Source: Chiloscyllium plagiosum (Eukaryota). From it: DNA of 64,000 nucleotides. The position numbers were made by a program, and so were the translations under genes. The notes under the pieces are model-generated. The model worked only from the letters and a program-made list of their open reading frames with translations. It was not told the origin of the DNA and did no database searches. Within the stretch, counting starts at the first letter, position 1. Every line of letters begins with the position of its first letter. The stretch covers positions 3,006,379 through 3,070,378 of the forward strand of contig NC_057751.1 of assembly GCF_004010195.1 (NCBI RefSeq). The letters are read 5' to 3'. This document shows, one piece after another, positions 45,501 to 54,500 of the stretch.

Positions 45501-48500
45501 CTCCCTCAGTACTGACCCTCCGACAGTGCATTACTGACCCTCCGACAGTGCAGTGCTTCCTCAGTACTGAGCCTCCGACAGTGCAGCACTCCCCCAGCAC
45601 TCCCTCAGCACTGACCCTCCGACAGTGCGGCACTCTCTCAGCACTGACCCTCCGACAGTGCCCATTCCCTAAGTACTGACACTCCGACAGTGTGGCACTC
45701 CCCTCAGTACTGACCCTCAGACAGTGCAACACTCCCTCAGTACTGACCCTCCAACAGTGTGGCACTCCCTCAGTACTGACCCTCAGACAGTGCAACACTC
45801 CCTCAGTACTGACCGTCCCACAGTGCGGCACACCCTCAGCACTGACCCTTTGACAGTGCCCACTCCCTCAGCACTGACCCTCCAACAGTGCGGCACACCC
45901 TCAGCACTGACCCTCTGACCGTACGGCACTCCCTCAGCACTGACCCTCTGACCGTGCGGCACTCCCTCAGCACTGAGCCTCNNNNNNNNNNNNNNNNNNN
46001 NNNNNNNNNNNNNNNNNNNNNNNNNNNNNNNNNNNNNNNNNNNNNNNNNNNNNNNNNNNNNNNNNNNNNNNNNNNNNNNNNNNNNNNNNNNNNNNNNNNN
46101 NNNNNNNNNNNNNNNNNNNNNNNNNNNNNNNNNNNNNNNNNNNNNNNNNNNNNNNNNNNNNNNNNNNNNNNNNNNNNNNNNNNNNNNNNNNNNNNNNNNN
46201 NNNNNNNNNNNNNNNNNNNNNNNNNNNNNNNNNNNNNNNNNNNNNNNNNNNNNNNNNNNNNNNNNNNNNNNNNNNNNNNNNNNNNNNNNNNNNNNNNNNN
46301 NNNNNNNNNNNNNNNNNNNNNNNNNNNNNNNNNNNNNNNNNNNNNNNNNNNNNNNNNNNNNNNNNNNNCCTCAGCACTGACCCTTTGACAGTGCCCACTC
46401 CCTCAGCACTGACCCTCCGACAGTGCGGCACTCCCTCAGCACTGACCCTCCGACAGTGCGGCACTCCCTCAGCACTGACCCTCCGACAATCCAGCGCTCC
46501 CTCAGCACTGAGCCTCCGACAATCCAGCGCTCCCTCAGCACTGAGCCTCCGACAATCCAGCTCTCCGTCAGTAGAGTTTGGAATGTCAGCTGGAATGTTT
46601 GCCTCCATGCCTTGGCTGATTGATGTGAAGCTCATTGGATGAGCTTTGATTATGTTGTCGTTTGCTCTTTGCAGTCCAAAGGAAATCAACAAGGAGCAGT
46701 GTGAAGTCTGCAGCATGCGTTGTGGAAGGAAGTTGGTGAAAGATGGTGATGTAAGTCTTGAGAAAGTAGCAAAGAGACTTTGTGAACAGACTTGTGAAGC
46801 AGCAGAGCTGCTCTTAAGTTGCTAAACCAACAGCTGGCCAGGGTTAACTATCCTCCAGCCGCCTCCTAACCTTCCTGTCCTCACCTGCTCAGCATCTGCT
46901 TCTCTTCCTAGCTCCCTCTTGCATTTAATCCACACCCAGCACTGCCTGAGATACAGAGTTGCACATCCTCAGCACTTGCAAGGTGATTGGGATTCTGCTG
47001 AATCCCTTGCTGCCTTATTTGCAGTGATGGCCTTGAGTTTTGCACATGGAGATGTACGGCATGGAAACAGACCTTTTGGTCCAACCCGTCCATGCCAACC
47101 CGATATCCTCAATTAATCTCGTCCCACCTGCCAGCACTTAGCCCATAAATCTCTAAACCCTCCCTGTTCATATACCATTCAGATGCTGTTTAAATAGCGG
47201 GTTTTGAGATTTGTTGCTCAGTTTGACATTTTGGATGTAGGTTTGCTCACTGAGCTGCAAGGTTCATTTCCAGATGTTTCGTCACCATCACTTGGTAACA
47301 TCTTCTGTGGGCCTCAGGCTGAAAATTTCTGCTTTCTATTTATATGTTTGGGTTGGTGATGTTATTTCCTGTGGTGAGGTCACTTCCTGTTCCTTTTCTC
47401 AGCGGGTGGTAGATGGGGTCTAACTCGATGTGTTTGTTGATAGAGTTCCGGTTGGAATGCCATGCTTCTAGGAATTCTCATGTGTGTCATTGTTTGGCTT
47501 GTCGACTGGGGCAACACCTCCATCCTTGGGAAAAAAATACCTTCACTATTTATCCTATCCATGCCCCTCATAATTTTGTAAACCTGTATAAAGTCACCCC
47601 TCAGCCTCCAACACTCCAGGAAAAATAATCCCAGCCTGTTCAGCCTCTCCCTGTAGCTCAAACTCTCCAACCCTGGCAACATCCTTGTAAATCTTTTCTG
47701 AACCCTTTCAAGTTTCACAACATCCTTCCAATAGCAGGGAGACCAGCATTGCATGTTCGACGTGAAAGCTGACATGTTTGTTACAGGGTACAAGTTTGAA
47801 ATTGTTTGCGTTTGTCTGTAATGGACTGGTTTATGTTTGAAGGTCTGCAGCCTTCTTGGAATGTATTATTCAAATTGTTAGAGTGCTGTGGGGAAATTTC
47901 CCCAAGGACATTGCAGTCTCAGTGCTGTCCTCGTTTCTTGTATGGTAGCATCTGGGTCTGCTCCTGACAAAGTGTCACTTCCCCTTGGCAGATTGAAGGA
48001 CTTTGTCCTCAAAGATTGGTCTCCATTCCGTAGGCTGGCTGAATTTCCTTTATATACATCCGCTGCTGCAGCTCATCTGCAGTAACTGCTTGAATAAGCA
48101 GTATAAACAGCCCCTACAATGAGTATGGTTGCTGGTTTCAAAGAAGTGCAGCGATTGTAGAGTTCACCCTGGATAAATGCCAAGTGATTCATTCTGGAAG
48201 GTCGAATTTGAATGCTGAATATAGGGTTAAGGACAGGATTCTTGGCAGTGTGGAGGAACAGCAGGAACTTGGGGTTCATATACGTGGATCCCTCAAAGAT
48301 GCCACCCAAGTTGATAGAGTTTGTGCGACGATTTGTAGCTCGGGTGCTCGTTGTTGTGGTTCTGTTTGCCGAGCTGGAAGTTTTTGTTGCAAACGTTTCG
48401 TCCCCTGGCTAGGCGACATCATCAGTGCTTGGGAGCCTCCTGCGAAGCGCTTCTTTGATGTTTCCTCCGGTGTTTATAGTGGTCTGTCCCTGTCGCTTCC

Positions 48501-51500
48501 GGTTGTCAGTTTCAGCTGTCCGCTGTAGTGGCCGGTATATTGGGTCCAGATCGATGTGTTTGTTGATGGAGTTTGTGGATGAATCATTCACAAAAACTTC
48601 CAGCTCGGCAAACAGAACCACAGCAAGTTGATAGAGTTGTTTAGAAGGCATATGGTGTTTTGGTTTTCATTTATCAGGTAAATGAGTTGAAGAGCCGCGA
48701 GGTTTTGCTGCAGCTCTGTAAAACCCTGGTTAGACCACACTTGGAATATTGTGTCCAGTTCTGGTCACCTCATGATGGGAAGGATGCCGATACTTTTGAG
48801 AGGGTGCAGAGGAGATTTACCAGGATGCTGTCTGGATTGGAGGGCTTGTCTTAGGAAGGGAGGTAGAGTGAGCTAGGGCTTTTCACACTGGAGAGAGGAA
48901 GGAAGAGAGGTGAGTCATAGATAGCCAGAGACTTTTCCCTAGGGCAGAAATAGCTGTCATGAAGGGTCATAATATTAAGGTAATTGGAGGCGGGTATAGG
49001 GGAGATGTCAGAGGGAGATTCTTTACGCAGAGAGTAGTGGGTGTGTAGAATGCACTGCCAGCAGTGGTCGTAGAATCAGAGACGTTCGGGCCATTTAAGC
49101 AACTGCTGGACAAACACATGGACAGCAGTAAATTGTGAGGTGTGTAGGTTAGGTTGGTCTTCGATCAGGGGCAATGCTCGATACAACGTTGTGGGCCAAA
49201 GGGTCTGTACTGTGCTGTACTGTTCTCTGTTCTTTAAATGACCTGCTGATTGTTCTGTGTAAAGCTGCATCTTAAAATATTGACGTAACCCATTTCAGAA
49301 AAGAATGATGGCATTTGCACTCCTTAATCTGACTGCTAATGAATTGAATGACAGATTTATTCAGGGGAAATCATGTTTGACTGCATTAATCCAGTTCCTG
49401 GATGAAGAAGCAGATTGTACTGATGAGGGAAGTGCAGCTGCTGTTTGATCAAGTCCCACGTAATAGACTTGTCAGCAAGATTGAAGCGCAAGGGAATTTA
49501 TGGGACACTGCCTGCACAGAGATGTAATTGGCTTTGTGACAGAATGCACTGATTATTGGTGAGCGACTCTGTTTTAATTTGGAGGAAGGACTCTCCAGGG
49601 ATTGACTTGCAGAGCAGTGCTCTGTCTGTGAAGATATGATTGACTTGGACTGAGACTGAGAGCAGTCTGCTGATGCACTGGGTCATTTCCCAGCTTCAAA
49701 TCACACTGCAAGATTTGATGGTCAAGGGAGGTTTGTCTGTAATGTGGCCGGATAGGTCCAGCGGCAGATGGTCAGAATGGGAGAGATTCCTGGTCAGCCA
49801 CATGGATGGGGATAACCTTACAGTCTCTGCCATCGCAACCCTGAGCCCCACATGCTGCCTGCTGCTGCTGAGTGAAAGGGCACACTTGGGATAGTGTTTG
49901 CAAGATTTGAGGTGGTTGGGTGGGATGGGGGTGTAGACCGGAATGGACCCAGGGATGGAGTGTTGTAGCTACATAGAGAGGCAAGAGGAACTGGTGTCTG
50001 TCTCCTTGGAGTAAAGAGCATTTCCCCTGTTTCTCTGAGATGGAGGGGTCAGTCATGGTCATCTGCTCCAGTCTGTGTTCTGGCACATTTCAGAGGTGTA
50101 CTCTGCTGACATTGCTGGAGAAACTCAGCAGTTCTGAGCAAGGGTCCCTGGACGTCAAACATGAACTCTGTTCCTTTCTCCCCAGATACTGGGTTTCTGC
50201 CCCAGTTTCTGCTTTTGTTTCATGCTGACCATGATCTGGTGCACCGCCTGCTCACCTGGAAACCTCAGGCCCTGCAAAGCCAGAGAGGAGGGGGAGGTTC
50301 CGACGTAGTTTACAATCTGCCACAGCACATGGCTGCATGCTGGTGTTTGTCAACTTGTGACAATGAGCTGGAGCTGCAGGGGCTGCATGGACTGCTCAGC
50401 ACATCAGATTCGCCTGGAGTCATTCCATACAAAGAATGGTGGGTGCAATAGGGCACTAGCTGGTTTCAACACGCACTTCAAACTGGGCCATCGAATGAAC
50501 TGACCGAGCTGTTCACACTCCTGTTTCTGCTGTGTTAGTGTGGGAGTTTGCTTCTTGTCCCATTGCAGGCTTTTTCAGGTGGCTGTGGTTTTTGATCCAT
50601 GATAATTGACCGCATCCTCACAGAATGGTACTTCCGCCTTTCAGAAATGATGGGGGTGCTGATGTGGGGATTTGATCTGCTGTCTGGGAAATGATTGGCC
50701 AGAATATCAGGCTCATTCTCAGCCTGCAAAGCCACTGCAGCTGCCATCTCAGCAGAAAGTCGGAGCATTGAGGAGATTTGGAATGTAACACATTGGAGAT
50801 TGGTCAGGAGGTGAACACAAACTGGCCCCCCTCAGTGAAATGCTCACCGCTACACAAGGCCAAGTCTCCACGCTGAGGCTGAGGCTGAGGCTTTGCAGGC
50901 TCCTGTGGAGACTGTTCACCAACCAGAGTAAGATCCTCAACCCCAGCTCTTCGCAAAAACTCCAAAACAGGATTCACCTTGGAGCTGATGACAAGTGCAG
51001 TGTTTATTCTCATCAGTCAGCTTTCACTCGATGGAATGGTTTCACTTCTATTCCAGCTTGTGTTAACAAACAATGACTTCCTTAGTACAAAAAAGTCATC
51101 ATGTTGTATGTGAATTTTGGATGGAAATTTGAGATGTTTGCCTTCCAGCTCCAGTGATTTGATGAAAATGTTTAGTTGGGACATGATAGTGAGAGATTTG
51201 AACCTCCTTTCCCATCCCTGCAGTACATTGCACAGACTCACTCCCCATGGGCAAGAAAGATTCACCCAAGTTCCTAATTTTACCGATGTTGAACTGATCT
51301 CCCTGGCTCTCCCCCAAATCCTGAAACGTGGAAACCTCTCAGTTTGTGGACACGGTCAGTTCTTGACTTCTTGTTCCAGTCTCGATGTGGTCAGCCCCTT
51401 CAGCAGTGGCAGTCGGTTGTAAATACACTGTGAGACTGAGCGTGATCAGCTTGACATTGTCTTGTGGTCTGCTCAAAGTATTTTCCAAGCTCATCCAGCA

Positions 51501-54500
51501 GGTGGTAGTGAAACTGGTCGATGTGGAATCTGAGTCGTATCAAACAATGTGTGTGATTTGTCCCCACGCTGCACAGCACCACCACCCACCCCGGTCCCAG
51601 TCCCCTCTGCACAGGGTTGGTTATCAGTGAAAGTGATGTTGGAGCAATTACTGGTTGTGAGATGCTTTTGAGTGACAATGCTGTTGTGTCTTGCCTCTCC
51701 CCAGTACTGCTGGCGATGGACTGGTTTCAGCTTTGGCTTTGATCTGCTGGTGACCTACACAAACCGATTCATCATCTTCAAGAGGAACAGCCTGAGCCAG
51801 CCGTGTAATGGGGCTGTCAGCCTCCTTCCTCGCAGGAATATCGCCTTTCGGTAGGAGCGACCTTCCCACACTGGGCCAGACCCCTTCCTCTTCCCAGACC
51901 TTCCTTCATGTGGGTGACAGGAGACACTGGAAAGGTGCATGTATTGAGACCCTGTGTTCAGATGTGCAGCAGTTCCAACCTGTTAGTCAATAGCTTGAAT
52001 CATTCCTTGTACAGCAATCTGCCTTATTGGTGTTGCCCATTGATGGTCACTGCTTGTCGGTGGGAGAGTTCACATCTCCAGTTGAAACCCTATGTTGTAC
52101 ACCCGTGAGGTCCTGCTGAATCCCTGACCTCAAGGATTCTGTCTTTGTGTCATTGACATCTCACCGTTCCCCACACAGAGTCAGCTCTGTCCAAACCCCC
52201 TCCCATAAACAATCTCTCTCCTGGTGCTGTCTCCAGAACTGCACTGGAAAGGTGAGCCTCTGGCAGCACATGGCCAATTCTCACCATTTGTAAATAGCAA
52301 TCTCAGGACAGTCTCCGCGCAGGATCGCAACTCAACCAACTGGAGGCATACCAGGTGATGGATGAAGCTGAGGGGTCTGGGAATGAAATTCCCTTCCCTT
52401 CCTGAAAATGTCTTCTGAGGCATGTCCCTCCTTGCAGGTCTGCGCTGTCAGTGATACAGTTGCGTCCTTAGATGTCAGTGCCAGTTTCTGCTTCTCACTC
52501 CCATCAGTTGTGGAGAGGAGATGTGTGAGGGACGGTCTTTGCAGCTGTGTGGGAAGATGTTGGAGCTGCTGTCACTAACACTCCTGATGAGCTGTCTCCC
52601 CCAAAGGGCTCAGGGATAATGGTGCTGCCACATTGTCACATCCCAGTGGGAATTCCTCTGTACAGTCACAGGGTGGTTGCTGAGGTCTGTCTGAATCTTC
52701 AGGGGACCAAAGCAGTCAGCTTCAGACTTGTTCTTCCCCCCCCCCCCCCCCCCCAGTTCCCACCTCAATTACACTGGTGAACTCACTATTGCTTCCAGCT
52801 ACCCCCCACCCCTCGGTCTGTGTCCCCTCTTCCAGCTTCCCCCCCCCATTCTGTCTGTCTGTGTCCCCTCTTCCATCTCCCAGTTCATCCCAGGCTCTGG
52901 AATTCCCTGCGTAAATCTCATGTCCTTGGTGTAATCCGGTCCTTGCCCAAACCTTCAGCCTTGTTTGGTCTCCTTGGCATGGTGTGAATTTTGCCTTGTT
53001 GTACTCTGTACACTGTGGACCCATGAACCTGTCTCTCAGTGCAAATTCCCTACAGCTTGACTCCATTTTAATTCCACCCTGATCTGGATTCCTTGACATG
53101 CTGAACCCCTGGTGTCAGGTTTGAAGAGTTTGCTGGCTTCATCCTAACCTTGAGTCTTAGGGTGGACAGTTATCAGTCAAGCCCCAAAGACCTAGTCACA
53201 GAGATAAGAAAGTAGTGCCTCACCCATGGGATTTCCAAAGTGATTGCTCACAGTTCTTTTTCCAAAAAGGCTCCATTCTCTGCTCGACAGAGAATCCGCC
53301 CACATGCTGAGAGTGTCCGTTGTCTTGATTGCAATCTTTCTGATAAATGTCACCCAGTGGTGATTGAATTTGTTGCTTATTGAGAAGTGAGGGATGAAGC
53401 TGGAGTATCTGATCAGTCAGTTTGGGACATGGACTGAGAGTGTTTGATTTAATGTGCTGCCTTGTTCAGTCCAATCATTATGGTCCCAGCAGACACTGCA
53501 ATGACATTCACCTTCCACTCCAATGTCGCCTTGACCAAGTTGCTCTTAAACCTCTCTCATATTTCTCTTTAAGACATTGATTGATTGTGAGGCAAAGAGG
53601 GAACCGATTGGTGATCAGGAACAGCACCATTCACTCCATGCCAATCTGTGAAGCTGAAACCTGCGATTTTTCCTCACGCTTGTTGGGTTGTACCTGGCTT
53701 TGTGATGTGTTTGTGTGCAGTTCAGTAGGTCGGTGCCTTTATCAGATGCATACACAGTTTCTCTCTCAATGTGAAAGGTGCCCAATAGCAGTTGAGTGAG
53801 GAGAAATTGACGAGGAGGCCATTGGACCCTTCCTCGCTGTGCTAGCTCATTACCAGTGTGTTATGCTGTCATCCAGCTGCACCTTTGCATCCTCTTGCCC
53901 CTGAAACAGAAGCTGTTACCTCATCAGCCACTTGTGTAAATGTGTCCCACATGCACGCCCCCCCCCCCCCCCACCCCCAGTTGGTGAGGGTTTTATTTGT
54001 TGGTTCCTCTTTGTAATTTACACAACCCTGAGATGATAATCTCTTGCACTGACAGGTCTTTCTCAGGACCCTTGAACAGTTGGATAGCTTTCCCAATGTG
54101 AGCTGTGTAATATTCTCCAGATCTCTCCAGTGTCACACGCAGCCTCAACGCCACTTCCATCAATATGTCTGCGTGCTCACACAGTGATCATTGCTGTCAT
54201 TCCCAGTGTTACAGTGACGTTAATCCTTGGTTTGTTGTGAAGATCAAGAGAGCTTCCTGTTGCCAGGCTGCATGCCAGCTTTGTGGGACAGTGCGTTCCA
54301 GGAAGCCATTTGGTCCTTCGAACCTGTACTAGCTGCCTTGAGCTGTCACTCACCATCCCCTGTGCCTTCCCCTTTGGCCATGTTTGTACCTTGTTACTCA
54401 GCGACGGGAGTATCCAATTCTGTTTTGTCTGAATCAGTGTCCTCCACAGCCTCGCCACACTCTCTGTTTCACTGCAGTTTCTGCTTCTTGTACTGAAATG

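Larger units (their letters stand above)
48160..49232 (+). mobile_element. CR1 LINE 3' fragment interrupted by a PLE insertion
   Basis: LCKTLVRPHLEYCVQFWSP; tail is the reverse complement of the 44400 tail. Confidence 0.88.
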
